In this document: in pieces, positions 13,716 through 30,990 of the stretch
How the letters are laid out: the number at the start of each line of letters is the position of its first letter
Numbering within the stretch: position 1 is the stretch's first letter
Notes under the pieces: model-generated
The model's database searches: none
The model's input: only the letters and a program-made list of their open reading frames with translations
What the model was told of the DNA's origin: nothing
Assembly: GCA_951406725.2 (NCBI GenBank)
Contig: OX597834.1
Location: 39,432,001 to 39,496,000, forward strand
Direction: 5' to 3'
DNA from: Octopus vulgaris
Taxonomy: Eukaryota
Length of the DNA: 64,000 nucleotides
Translations under genes and position numbers: made by a program

Positions 13716-13978
13716 ATAAATGATTAATATAATCTGTTGTATATAAGTATGTATCACTTTTCTCTCCCAATAATACATTAATACAGCGTAATATTTAGAC
13801 AGAGAGCGTCAGCTATGATTCATGGTATTTATGATATATAGACATATATATATATATATACATACATACACACATATATATGATAGACATACATGCACAT
13901 ATACGTATGTACCATAAATTTTAGCCAGCATTCTCTATGTATAAATATTACACGCTAATCTCATGGTTTTTACATGCG

Positions 13979-14026
<48 letters not shown>

Positions 14027-14450
14027 GTGGGTGTGGGGCTGTATCGAGGATTATGCATATATGCATTACATAGTTCCATAGATGTTTAACTATGTGTATC
14101 GGGGTGTGTATAACTTTGACACCATGCAATATAATCTCATGTTATATATATATATATATATACATATAGACATATATGTATGTGTCTTGGTGCGTACGTA
14201 TATATGTGTGGATGAATGACTATAGCAACACTTATACACACATACATCGCGTATGAATTATTACCTAAAGAACATAATTCCATTCTGGAAGTTGGGGTCT
14301 CAAAATGCATTCATTACGGAACAGTTTTGTTGAATTTAATCGCTTAAATCAATTCGTTATGTATGTATGTATATATTTTTAATCCTTAACAAAAGTATGT
14401 AAATCTATGTGATTGCATAAATACATACATACATAGACACATATATACAT

Positions 14451-14542
<92 letters not shown>

Positions 14543-14865
14543 TAAGAAGCGAAATTTAGTTTAGTTAAATTATGTTTGTAACATATTTCAACTTCCGAAG
14601 GCAAATTCACTGCCGTTACCGTGTGTGATTATAACAAAAACAAGTTTATATTAATCTGATGGATTACGCTGTACATTTGTATAGTACAAATTTATTATTT
14701 GGAAACAAAAATATTAGTAACAGTGACTTCGAAGTTGAGACCAGTTGCAGCATCGTCGGACGATACTCTGACTTTCCGAAACTAGGAAGTCACTATCAGT
14801 AATATACCTGTTTAAGAATAATAAATATACACATATATCTTTTATCATTTTATCATTTGTTTTTT

Positions 14866-15310
14866 TTTATCTTTTACTTGCTTCAGTCACTAGACTGCGA
14901 CCATGCTGGGGCACCGCCTTGAAGAATATTTAGTCGAATTAATTGAGCCCAGTACCAACTTTTAACTTAAGTCTGGTGCTTATTCTACCACAATTCTTTA
15001 TGCTGAACGGCTATGTTACGAGGAGACAAACACACCAACAACGGTGGCGGGAACAATTTGTGGTAGGGATAACACACACACATACGTAACAGATATATAT
15101 ATAAGTCCTGGGTCGATTTACTCGACTAAAGGCGGTGCTGCAGCACCGCGCTGCAGCACCGCCTTTAGTCGAGCAAATCGACCCCAGGACTTATTCTTTG
15201 TAAGCCTAGTACTTATTCTATCGGGCTCTTTTTCCGAACCGCTAAGTTACACTTGCCCAAGGTGCCACGCAGTGGGACTGAGCCGGGAACCATGTGGTTC
15301 CTGCGCCTGT
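14866..15310 (-). mobile_element. Rearranged SINE family B pieces, including a fold-back inversion at 15101-15194
   Basis: Minus-strand 3' half at 14866-15075, a plus-strand piece at 15101-15144, then a minus-strand copy at 15150-15310 with internal deletions. Confidence 0.8.
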
Positions 15311-15343
15311 TGATAATTTTTTTTTTTTTTTCGTAAATAACTA

Positions 15344-15647
15344 AGATGGCAGGGTAAGATAAGAAATTAAAAACTGTGGCAAGAGAAGGCAAGTGCCAGT
15401 GAAAGAATAACTTCTGAAACGTTAAGTGGGGGTGGACAGGCTAAATCTTAAAGAAACAAACACCCTGCATTATACAGACCACGGATGCAAAAGAGAGGGC
15501 GCCCTTAAAGTAGCTGGGGGTAAGATATCAAGGTAAGGATGAAAAGGCAGGGATCCATTGGAGGAAAGCAGAAAAGACAGCTAAAAGTCGAGAGCGGTGG
15601 AGAAACGTCTTCGCTTGTTTCTTAGGGAGCGAAGGACTTAAGTAAGT
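15344..15647 (+). mobile_element. RTE-clade LINE 3' remnant
   Basis: Degraded frames give RWQGKIRN..., WGWTG.ILK, KRGRP*SSW and AGIHWRKAEKTAKSRERWRNVFAC..GSEGLK*, ending in a TAAGTAAGT tail. These are typical RTE C-terminal motifs. Confidence 0.7.
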
Positions 15648-15684
15648 TAGCTGCTTGCTCTCTTTGTAAAATCCCCTCTAACGA

Positions 15685-15955
15685 TAAGCCCAAAACCTAA
15701 AATTTAAGGGGAAGGGGCAAGTTGATTACATCCGAAAGAGTGAAAGGCAAAGTCGACCGCGGCGCAATTTGAACTCAGAACGTAAAGACGGATGAAATGA
15801 CGCTAACCATTTTGCCGCCCGGCGCGTTAACGATTCTGCCAGCTCGCCGCCTTTATAATTTCGATTTCAAATTTTGGCACAAAGACAGCATGTTCGGGGA
15901 GGGGATAAATTGTTTACATCGACCCCAGTACTCAACTGGTACTTATTTGTACGAT
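15685..15955 (-). mobile_element. Two SINE family A fragments
   Basis: AAAGGCAAAGTCGACC...TTTGAACTCAGAACG...CTGCCAGCTCGCCGCCTT, and ATCGACCCCAGTACTCAACTGGTACTTATT. Confidence 0.8.
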
Positions 15956-16124
15956 CTACAAGGGTGGCTTTATGGTTTAAACACCGGGTTTGTATAGACG
16001 ACCACGTTAAATTCACGCTTACTTAGCAGATGTGTATAAACTGACTCGCTGTGTATACGATGCTTGCCTTTATGAAGAATTCAAACTTTCGAATCAAAAT
16101 ACTTCAGTAAGATTCTTCAAATCT

Positions 16125-16948
16125 TTTCTTCTTCTTCTTCTTCTTCTTCTTCTTCTTCTTCTTCTTCTTCTTCTTCTTCTTCTTCTTCTTCTTCTTCTTC
16201 TTCTTTGTCTTCTCCTTCTCTTCCTACTCTTCTTTATTTCTTCTTTTTTCTTCTCCTTCTCCTTCATCCCTCCCTCCTCCTCAGTCTTCTTCTTCTCCTC
16301 CTCTTCCTTCTTATTCTTCTTCGCCTCCTCCACCTCCTCCTCCTTCTCCTTTTCTTCCTCTTCCTCTTCCTTCTTTTCCTATTCCACCTTCTTCTTTCTT
16401 CTTCTTCTACTCCTCCTCCTCCTTCTTATTATTTCTTCTTCTCCTTCTCTTTCTCCTCCCCCTCCTTCTTATTCTCCTCCTCCTACTCCACACCTCCACC
16501 TCCCCTTCTTCCTCTTCCTTCTTGTTATTATCCCCCTCTCTTTTCTCTTCCTTCTTATTTTCCTGCTACTCCACCTTCTTCTCCTTCTTCTTCTACTTCT
16601 CCTTCTCCTTCTTCTTCTCCTTCTTCTTCTCTTCTCCTTCTTCTTCTTCTTCTTCTTCTTCTTCTTCCCTTCTTCTTCTTCTCCTTCTCCTTCTTCTCCT
16701 TTTTCTCCTTCTTCCCCTTCTTCTTCTCCTTCTTCTCCTTCTTCTTCTCCTTCTTCTTCTTCTTCTTCTTCTTCTTCTTCTTCTTCTCCTTCTTCTTCTT
16801 TTCCTCCTCCTACTCCTCCTCCTCCTTCTTCTTCTTCTTCTTCTTCTTCTTCTTCTTCTTCTTCTTCTTCTTCTTCTTCTTCTTCTTCTTCTTCTTCTTC
16901 TTCTTCTTCTTCTTCTTCTTCTTCTTCTTCTTCTTCTTCGCCTTCTTC
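16125..16948. repeat. (CTT)n/(CCT)n polypyrimidine tract, about 820 bp
   Basis: Direct inspection; source of the poly-Leu, poly-Ser and poly-Phe ORFs. Confidence 0.95.
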
Positions 16949-18549
16949 AATTTCCTATTCAACTGGAAACAAACGACAGTTACCATCACTGTATGGCAAT
17001 TTCTGACCATCACAGCTTCACAGAAGCGACGAGGACATCGGAAGCCGTGACTGTCAAGAATTATGAGAGAGAAATAGAAGAGACAGAGAAATAGAAAGAG
17101 AGGCAGACAGAGAAAGAGAGAGGGGGTAGAGAGAAAAGGAAAGTGGGAAAAGATGGAAAGAAAACAGCTACAACTAACAGATTGAAAGCGAGAAACTTGC
17201 AGTGACGACAAACCATCGAATTTACCTTCTTATATGGTTAATTCATTTATATTTTTCAGGACGATTCTTCCTCAAAGAAAAAGGAGAAAACAAAAACTAG
17301 GGAAGAGAAAATAAACAAATAAGAATTACAAATAACAGGAAAAAAATATATATTCCCTCAAAATCCAAAATACGGAATAAAAATAAAAATAAAAAATAAG
17401 AATAAAAATAAATGAATTATAAAAAAGAACGATAATAGTTGAAGTGTGATGGGTCTAAGAGAGAAGTAAAAGAATAATAGAATAAAAAAGAGGAATTAAT
17501 ATCAACGAAAAACAGTAAAATTTTGTAAAAAACATAATAAAATAAAATGATACGCGGGGTCGGGATAGGGAGACAAAGATGAAAAGACATCGGGATTAGA
17601 CTAGAAAACGCCATAATGAAAATTGATGGCTACACCGCTTTATCAAATGACTCTTAAACAATCTTTGTTTTATTTTATACATAAACATATATTTATAGAA
17701 TTGTTTGTTTGTTTGTTTATATAGAGTTGTTTACATGTTGTTTTACGTGTTTACTTTATAATTTCTGCCGTCTTTATACAGTGAAAAACAAAAAATCTAT
17801 GAAATTATTGATCTCCGTGAACCCGCAATGATCGTTTGAAAACATTTGCCCAAGACACCGGTGCATCCGTGCATGTCCCCACTGAACAGCTGTTCCGCGC
17901 TAACTCTCCTCACAAAATAGTCTTGCTGCCGTTTGCAGTATCTTAGACTCTTTTTTTATCTCTTTTTTTTTCTTCTTTTTCCTTATTTTTTTCCCCTTTG
18001 CATTGTTTACTTGTTTTCTTTGTTTATTTGTTTTGTTTTCGTTTTTTGATATATTTCTTTATTTTTGCTTATATATTTTTTTTTATATATTTTAATATTT
18101 TCATTCTATTTCCATTATATTATTCTTACTTTTCAACACGACAATTTTTACTGTTTTAAGACTCCATGTGTGTGTGTGTCTGTGCGTGCGTGCGTGTCTG
18201 TATGTGTGTGTGTGGGGGGGGGGGGGGGTGCACGCATGAAAGTGTAGCTGTGTGTGTCCGTTTGTGGTTAGATATTGCGTGTAAGTATTAATGAGTGTGT
18301 GTGTATGTGTGTGTCTGACACGCTTGTTTGTGTCGTGTGGATCTGTGTGTGTGTGTGTATGTGTGCCTGTGTGCATGTCGGCATGTGTGAATGTGGCTGT
18401 GACAAAAATGTCTGTGTATGTGTGTGTATGTATATTTATGTGTGTGTATGATTACTTAAATGCAAACACACAGACAGATAAGGAAAAAAGGGGATTAATG
18501 TGATAACTATATAGGTCTCTGTACATCTATATTGCCTATATAAATGAGT

Positions 18550-20200
<1,651 letters not shown>

Positions 20201-20856
20201 ATTATTTTACCACACGAGCAGAAACTTACACAAATGACTCCAAAGGCCGAATGTTTCGTGCGTGGCACTCATCAAGCAACTACATACATACGTGCCATAC
20301 ACAAGACCCTCGACTCTTGAGTCAATCGTAAATTCTGTCAATTAAAAATAACACACACACACAAACACACACACACTGTTTCGAGCTCTACTTTTCCTGT
20401 TTGCATTATCAGACCTGCTTGCACGCGCGTGTGTATATATACATGTATATATTTTCGGTCCGTTGTCTGTAAGACAGAAAAACCAAACGCATACTAAAAG
20501 AGAAAATGGACATTCTCGGTATACGAGTGTTTATTTATGTATTAATATTGCAAGTGACTTTTGCAGACTTTGATCTCGGTGTGTTCTGATTCGAGTTCAA
20601 ATAGCAGCTTTGTTAATTCTGAATTTCATTCGTCCAGGGATGACAAACGTAAGGTCCTAACATAGCATAGGAATCGATGTTATCAACTAGCCACCAATAC
20701 CCGCCAAATTGCTTGGATTGCACCCGATTCAGAAAACAATGCACTCATATTTATGCAAAAAGCGTGATTATACATACATACATACATGCATACATACATA
20801 CATACATACATACATACATACATACATACATACATACATACATACATACATACATG

Positions 20857-21025
20857 TGACAGACTTCTTACAGTTTCCTTCAATCAAATCCACTCACAAG
20901 GCTTTGGTGGACCGAAGGCTATACCAAAAGACAGCTTGTCCAATTGCCTAAGATTTCACGCAGAGGGACTGAACCCAGAACCATGTGGTTGGGAAGAAAA
21001 CAGCTTACCACACAGCCACGGGCTA
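20857..21025 (-). mobile_element. SINE family B, 5' half, diverged
   Basis: CAAATCCACTCACAAGGCTTTGG...GGGACTGAACCCAGAACCATGTGGTT...CTTACCACACAGCCAC. Confidence 0.8.
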
Positions 21026-21049
21026 TGTGTGTATATTCATATTTATGAG

Positions 21050-21895
21050 TGCATAACTTAGAGATCCTCGACTAGCGTAAGAAGGCCATGTGATGGAGGG
21101 GAATAGAGTAACGTTGGGACCTGTATGCACTCTTTCTGAAGCCCCACTTCTATCCCAATTTCACGACTGTGTCCAGCACCTCGATGGCCAGAGCGGCTGC
21201 GGATGAAGGTGAAGTGTAGTGACATCTTGTCAAAGACGACAGAATTTCATGAAGATCGATGACGACACGTCTTCGGGCGCCGCACAGAGATGGCACCGCT
21301 TCTCCTGTTGACGTTCATATCCTGATCGAAGTTCTCCTCATCGAAGAGGAAGTGATGCATGGCAAGTTTCGCAGGATGGTTGATCTTGTTCAGAAAGCAC
21401 TGCGACCTGATCATGCATTTCTCCCAGGTTTCAGCGCTAAGGCTTACGTATTTTAATACTAGAGACGGCTATCATGAGTTGCTCAAGGTAGGCCCTAATC
21501 AACCCGCGGGCGTCTATCGTTGATGATATCACTGGACAAACTCGACAGTCGCAACAACATGTGACCACTGAGAATATATTTATTTTTTTGTATTTTTTCC
21601 TAAACCACCTCCCTACCAGGCGTCTATGGTCCATTCCCGACTCTGGACGGAGACGGCAATTCTTAAGCAACTGGCGAGGTAATCTCTGCGTAAGTGTCTA
21701 AGTATGGCCTAGAGCCGTTCGCTATGTTTTTGATTTCTGTTATCAGAATGGAATTTTCCACGCAGATGTTGTGGATATGTTGCAAAGAGAACAGATAACG
21801 TTAAGATTCGTTAAGTTTTGCTGAATGCTGCTTAACACAACGTTAAATCATAATTCCATTTATGGCCTGCTGAAAGTGTAATTAAAAGCACTCTA
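21050..21895 (-). mobile_element. Old, degenerate DD37D (maT-type) Tc1/mariner transposase remnant
   Basis: The minus strand gives EKCMIRSQCFLNKINHPAKLAMHHFLFDEENFDQDMNVNRRS..LCAAPEDV and IEVLDTVVK, matching the maT-like motifs FFSDEKNFDQDQKVNRRNDRWLC and YIEVLETVVKPW. There are multiple stops and frameshifts, and the outer boundaries are approximate. Confidence 0.75.
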
Positions 21896-21949
21896 GAAAG
21901 CTTATTGAGAGACAGACAAACAAACAGACAGATAGGCAGACCACAAATA

Positions 21950-22186
<237 letters not shown>

Positions 22187-22262
22187 GGTTTTTCGCCTGT
22201 GAATTTTCTTTTACAAGTTAAAATGTTACAAACATATGTTAACTAACCTAAAGTTCGTTTAT

Positions 22263-22325
<63 letters not shown>

Positions 22326-22344
22326 AATGTATGTGTGACTGTAT

Positions 22345-22559
22345 GTGGTGACTGTCCCCCACCACCGATTCTAAACCTATGTTGGTTTATTTATGTCACC
22401 GTAACTTAGCGCGATTCGGCAAAAGAGGCCAACAGAATAAGTACCAGGCTTTACAAAAATTAGTAGTGGCATCGATTTGTTCGACTAAAAGCTCTATAAG
22501 GCGGTGCCCCAGCATGGCCGCAGTCCAATGACTGAAACAAGTAAAAGATAAAGACAAAA

Positions 22560-22560
<1 letters not shown>
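22345..22560 (+). mobile_element. SINE family B, 3' half
   Basis: GTAACTTAGCG..TTCGGCAAAAGAG...AGAATAAGTACCAGGC...GGCGGTGCCCCAGCATGGCCGCAGTCCAATGACTGAAACAAGTAAAAG. Confidence 0.85.
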
Positions 22561-24745
<2,185 letters not shown>

Positions 24746-24940
24746 GTAAAAAAGTCGTATTCTGCTAGAATCGTTGCAAATGGCAATTCGGTCCTGTCGC
24801 GGCCATCTTGTGTAATTGTGCGTTTTATGTGGTTTATTGTGAAGTAGAATTTGATAGCCGCCATAGAAGTCACAATATCGCTACGGTACGCCATGATTTC
24901 GACATTAAACAATAACAACGACACCCAGTCAATGTAGTAA

Positions 24941-25025
<85 letters not shown>

Positions 25026-25361
25026 GGTGGTGGTGGTGGTGGTGGTGGTGAACTGAATAACAACTGCCTTAACATAATGAAAGTAATAATTATAATGTGC
25101 GTATATAATAAACAATAATAATAATAATAATGACGACGACGACGATGAATATGATGATGATGATGATGATGATGGTGGTGATGATGATGATGTTGAAGAT
25201 AGATGTGAAGTGTAATGAGAGGCGAATAAATGTGGGAATATATATGTATGGTTATAAATATATGTATGTATGCTTACGCACCTCAGTCTCTCTCTCTCTC
25301 TCTTTCACTCACCCTCTCTCTTTACCTCTTTCACTCTCTGTGTGTACATAATTAAGTATAG

Positions 25362-25416
<55 letters not shown>

Positions 25417-25450
25417 TATATATATATGCATATATGTATGTATATATTTG

Positions 25451-25481
<31 letters not shown>

Positions 25482-25720
25482 ATATACACGTATATATGTA
25501 TACATATATATCATATATATATATATATATATTTATATATATTCAATTACGTATATCAATGTGTGTGTCTGTATCTGTGTGTATTTAGAGACGATATACT
25601 CCAAATTTCGCTAGCTTTCCATTTTGAAGATTTACTAAAAGAAAGCCGACAATGATTTTTGGTACTTTCTAAGGGTCTCTTTTCTCTTTCCTTTTTATTT
25701 TATTTTATATTTTTTTATCT

Positions 25721-25766
<46 letters not shown>

Positions 25767-25977
25767 TTTCTTTTGCAGCATTTTGAAGAATTGTTCATAA
25801 CTTTGGTCTCCCGGCAACTCAGGCACCGCCAAGTGGTGAAATTGGAAAAAGAAATATTCGTTATAAAAAAAAAGAGCCACAACAAGGGCGTTAACTCATG
25901 GAAACACGTCTGTGTGTTACGTCTCCAGTTTTTTTGAATTCCAGCCGAATGTTACACCATAGTATGTATCGTTTATC

Positions 25978-26200
25978 TCTAATTTGTTTCATTCATTGAC
26001 AACGGTCATGCTGGGGCACTGCCCTTGAAATGTCGGAAAGACCGATCCTAGTACTTATGTTTTTACTATAAAAAAAAGTCTGACGGATAATTCTATCCGT
26101 TTCTTTTACCGAATCGCTAAGTTAAGGGAAGTAAACAAACCAGCAGCGACTGTCAAACACACCAACACCAGAACAAATACAGATACAAAGACACACTTGC
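25978..26200 (-). mobile_element. SINE family B, 3' half, diverged
   Basis: GGTCATGCTGGGGCACTGCC...AGTACTTAT...CCGAATCGCTAAGTTA. Confidence 0.7.
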
Positions 26201-26204
26201 ACAC

Positions 26205-26264
<60 letters not shown>

Positions 26265-26490
26265 GACGAGCTTCTTTATTGTAGCCTAGCATATATAAAA
26301 AAATCTGAAAAATCAGGAAAAATTTCAATACATGTGTATATTTAGGGATAAACCACTAGGTGGATAACCAATACGCTAGAAGAATATCACATACGATCTA
26401 ACAACGAAGTAAAGAGTGTCTTCCAGAGAAAATTCAGTGAACACCATAAGCGGGCAAGACAGATGAAAATTATATAAAAATCAAGAATTA

Positions 26491-26564
26491 ATCATATGCC
26501 GATTTCGTCTATTACCGAATAAATTACTTACGTAATCCCTCGTCCTCAGACTCGTCAGTACGAT
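26491..26564 (-). ncRNA. Degenerate Penelope-type hammerhead ribozyme motif
   Basis: Minus strand: ATCGTA-CTGACGA-GTCT[long loop]AGAC-GAAA-TCGG-CA-TATGAT. Helix I is 6 bp (one G-U) and helix II is 4 bp; helix III and the cleavage site are mutated. Confidence 0.55.
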
Positions 26565-26600
26565 CGTTCCAATTCAATATAATTTTGAAAATTATATTGA

Positions 26601-26643
<43 letters not shown>

Positions 26644-26891
26644 CGTGCGTGTGCACATATGGGTACGGACGTCGCCAATTGTAAACAACATCAAGTACGA
26701 AATCGAGCGAGTTAAATGCGGAAACAACGAAAGAAAAAATGTTGAAAACAGAACAAGTGACACAAAGAACGATCCTTCATCAGTTGTCGGCTATCTATCT
26801 ACTCCTCATTTCGAGCATTCAACGACAATATATATATATATATTCTTTCGTATATAATTCCACTAGTGCGGTACCCCACAACACCACTTTG

Positions 26892-26937
<46 letters not shown>

Positions 26938-27058
26938 GATTGAAAACAACAGTATCTATTCTCGTGCATTGAGCTGTATTTATCCTGTTTGTTCTACAAA
27001 ATCTGTACGTGTGTGTATGAGAGAGAGTGTGTGTCTGTGTGTGGGGGTGTCTGTATGT

Positions 27059-27101
<43 letters not shown>

Positions 27102-27419
27102 TGTGTGTATGTCCTGGATATGACACTAAACTGCATCCGCCGGTGAGGACCCTGAACTGCTGGGGAGTTCTGGAGTTGTGGGATACGTGGAGTTACTCTT
27201 TAATTATATATAGACGTATGTATGAACTTTTACGGTACGCATGTGTGTGTGTATGAGGTTGTATATATATGCGTATATATTTGGCGAAAAATGCGAGTGA
27301 AGATGTGTACGTTTTCATAGTAACATATAAGTACGCACGTGGGTTCGCGAGCAGAATTATAATACAGTAATTTCCCTTTATATAACGGTATTTTTTCATA
27401 GCGTTTTTCAGATGACCAG

Positions 27420-27478
27420 ATAACCGAAGAGATGGTGTTGTGGATTTCCACTTCGGCATCTGAAACTCAGAGTTTTAT
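27420..27478 (+). ncRNA. Hammerhead ribozyme motif with one core substitution
   Basis: ATAA-CCGAAGA-GATG[loop]CATC-T-GAAA-CTCAGAG-TT-TTAT. Helices I, II and III can all pair; CUGA is changed to CCGA. Confidence 0.55.
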
Positions 27479-27507
27479 GTTGACTATTGAGTAATGTAAC
27501 GTATTAT

Positions 27508-27549
<42 letters not shown>

Positions 27550-27582
27550 GGGGAGAGAGAGAGAGAGAGAGAGAGAAAGAAA

Positions 27583-27626
<44 letters not shown>

Positions 27627-27691
27627 GGGTATATGACACTGGTAGACAGACAGACAGAAACATAGATATATAGATAGATAAACAGACAGAC

Positions 27692-27756
<65 letters not shown>

Positions 27757-28553
27757 CATACATACATACATACATACGTACATACATACATACATACATA
27801 CATACATACATACATACATACATACATACATACATACATACATACATAAATAGATTGATGCGATGTGCAGTTATCTGCCGTTCTGAGGTCAAAAGATTTG
27901 GATAAATGCTTTTTTATGTCCACAACCGAAACATATGTTGGCATATTGAAAAACGAACGAAGAAAACGTTAGTGAATAACTATATAAATCAATTATTGTA
28001 TGTCTACATATAAACCAGCAGAAATCTATGCTGCAGGACAATGTGTGTATTTACATGCATGCATGCACGTATGCCTTTCTAACTTTATTAAGGTTATATA
28101 AAGCTCTTTTATATACATTTCTTTGCGGGGCTCTGGATGTATATTCTATTATATTCTACTCATTTTCTTTATATTTCTTTTTTGTAATCGGAGAATGTAG
28201 AAATAGCCGAGATTCGAAGAAAGATATAAAAAAGAAAATGTCTACGTTGTTGTCGTCTGCTTTGCTGTCGTCTGCTACCATCTGCTACACACAGCTATGT
28301 AAATGGATCAATACGCGTGCTTGTGTGCGTCTCCGTGCATGTGCATGAGTAACTGTACGTGTGCGTTTTTTTATGTTTGCGTGTGTGTGAGTGTACATGA
28401 CTGCGCATATAGTTTACACGTATACATACATGCAAATATATACATACATGCATATACGCACATACTTCAAGCGTACAGAATTTCTAATGTTGACGATGCG
28501 ATTGCTGTTAAGAGTAATAGGTTTGCGTTGGTAATTTGTGAAAGTTAAGGCAC

Positions 28554-28752
28554 GGTATTCCATGGCTGGTGATGCCCAGGCATGCGCTGAGTTTGCGGCA
28601 TTTGCAAAGATTCCTGGACGGTGAGAAGGTGTGGTTGCCATTTGTAAGGCACGTTTTTCTACAGCTTCTCTCTTTGGCGGAGCTGCAATCCTGGGTCAAG
28701 CGAAGACGAAGATTGGGCGTATGGCATCTGGAATGTTGTCGGGCGTGCGCAG
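28554..28752 (+). mobile_element. Tx1/L1-clade LINE ORF2 fragment (region after the RT domain)
   Basis: GIPWLVMPRHALSLRHLQRFLDGEKVWLPFVRHVFLQL...W resembles the GGLG.P....AL.L+.L.R.......W motif of L1/Tx1 ORF2. Confidence 0.6.
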
Positions 28753-29838
28753 TTATGTTAATTCCTAGTCGGTATTTTTCTACTAATGCAGTTACTTTTC
28801 TTTTTCTTTTTAATTTTATATAGGATGGTAGTGCTATCGACTATATTTTTTTCTATCTAGCTTTGTGGCGTACTCGACAGTGTAATATGCCGCGATGTCT
28901 TCTTATTGAAAGTACATTATAAACCGAGAAGGCCTTGAAATATTATTGGAATTGCCAACATTATTGTCTCAAATTATACACAAAGAAGTAATTAAGGATA
29001 TGAAAAATCATTAAAAGCATTAAACTTGGACACGAGTCGTAAGTGCTAAGGAGAAAGAGACACTTGAGCGACATATGGTCATTGATAAGTAACGAAAGGA
29101 CTTTGACGAATTAAACGACTACTAGTTGATCCATTGATTAATTTTCTAATTGATTGGAAAAGAAAACTGACGTGTGAGTGCTTTTATTGGCAGTATGACC
29201 CTCCCAAACACAACAATAGGATTCTCATTCTTTTACTTATTTCCCTCAATGGAGATAAGTGGCGAACTATCCAAATTTTAACAACCAGTTTCTTAAGCTG
29301 CCAAACCTTAACTACACACTGCATAAAAATTGAAAAACTGAAAAACTCGAAATTCGGGAATCAAATATTGAGAACTCTTCAGAAATTTTAATAAAATTCA
29401 ATTTTAATATAATGAATTATTTGGAAGAAAACAAATATTTGTATTTCAGTTTTATCAAACTTCAAATTTTACATACGTTATTGTCTCTTATTCTTTATCT
29501 GTTAACTATTGTTTAAGATACACAAACCTTGCTATCTAAGAGGCTACTAGATTACTCACCTATGAGTTGACATGTAGTAACAGATCCCAGAAATTTAAAG
29601 ACTTTTCCCCCATTAAACTCACAGCCATTAAATTCACAGCCATTAAATCCACAAAGCTGGATTTAATTGTTAAAATCGCTCTTCTAGCACTACAAATATT
29701 TTCAACGAAAAAGCGTCTTCTTCCAAAGAATTTATTGCAACTGTCTTCATTAACTTCTATGAATTTCTTCTTGTTTCTGAGGCAGGAATATATTTCAACT
29801 GAATACTATTTTCTCCCTTAAAGCGAAACCATTTAAAT

Positions 29839-30176
29839 CAGTGGTTTTTCAACCATTTTATTGCCTATTGATGCCTTTGATTTCTATTCGATGCATATAA
29901 AAAATCCCGCTGTCTTTTTTATAATTAAATATTATTAGGGATAGTATATAAAAGAAATTTGAAATATCTTTTGTATTTTTGACGTATAACCAATATATTG
30001 CAAATAAATTTTAACAACATAAGCGCAAGAGTTGCTAAGAAGCTTGCTTCACAACCACATGGTTCCAGGTTCAGTCCCACTGCGTGGCACCTTGAGCAAG
30101 TATTTTTTATTATAGCTCGGACCGACGAAAGCCTTGTGAGTGAACTTGGTTGACGAAAACAGAAAGAAGCCCTGTC

Positions 30177-30260
<84 letters not shown>

Positions 30261-30548
30261 ATATATGTATTTATGTTTCTGTGTTTGTCCACCCTCTTCT
30301 CCATCGCTTGACAACCGATGCTGGTGTGTTAACGACCCCGTAAATTAGCGGTTCGGTAAAGGGAACTGATAAAATAAGTATTGGGCTTACAAAGAATAAG
30401 TCCTTTGGGTTGATTTGTTCGACTCAAGGCGATGCTCCAGCATAGCTGCAGTCAAATGACTGAAGCAAGTAAAAGAACAAAAGAATAACAAAATCAGTTC
30501 CCATTATAGTTCCCGAAGAGCCATATGGACCTCAGTTGAGAACCCCTG
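29839..30548 (+). mobile_element. Non-autonomous hAT-Charlie-type DNA transposon, interrupted by a SINE
   Basis: Terminal inverted repeats CAGTGGTTTTTCAAC (29839) and GTTGAGAACCCCTG (ends 30548). The flanking 8-mers ATTTAAAT and ATTGGAAT (6/8 identical) fit a decayed 8-bp TSD. Confidence 0.75.
30021..30487 (+). mobile_element. SINE family B, full length with internal (TA)n
   Basis: Head GGTTCAGTCCCACTGCGTGGCACCTTGAGCAAGT, internal microsatellite, tail GCTCCAGCATAGCTGCAGTCAAATGACTGAAGCAAGTAAAAG. Confidence 0.9.
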
Positions 30549-30849
30549 ATTGGAATAAATTTTTAATTTCAAATTTTAGGGGTTGTTTTACTTCTGCGCA
30601 ATTCTTCTTGGGAGAAGAGGCGAACCAATAACATATTGGGAGGCTCATCAAGAGAAGGAAATGGGGTTGTCTGGGACAGGCCCTCCAAAAATCTGGATAG
30701 ATAGACAGAGTGAGAGAGAGAGAGAGAGAGATAGCAAGCTAGGTAGGTATGTATGTATGTATGTATGTAGGTAGGTAGGTAGGTAGGTAGGTAGGTAGGT
30801 AGGTAGGTAGGTAGGTAGGTAGGTATATCATGAGAGCAATAAGCACAAA

Positions 30850-30990
30850 ATATATATAAGAAGACAACACAAGACAAGTAATAATGAATGTATTAACTTA
30901 ACGCTTAAAGAAAGGAAAAGCATCTTGACGTTTCGGAAGCAAGTCGCTCATCAAAATTTATTGGAGAAAGCTAGTGGAAATAGAAAGAGA
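30850..30990 (-). mobile_element. Penelope-like fragment with degenerate hammerhead (30923-30958)
   Basis: Minus strand TTGATGA-GCG...TCC-GAAACGTC-AAGA, followed by a pyrimidine tract and AAGCGTT...AATAC, as in the 61140 copy. Confidence 0.45.

Noticed and set aside
25765-25937. Possible coding exon after a TTTTTCTTTTGCAG acceptor (HFEELFITLVSRQLRHRQ...)
   Set aside because: No strong donor site and no recognisable protein similarity; it would need RNA-seq support.
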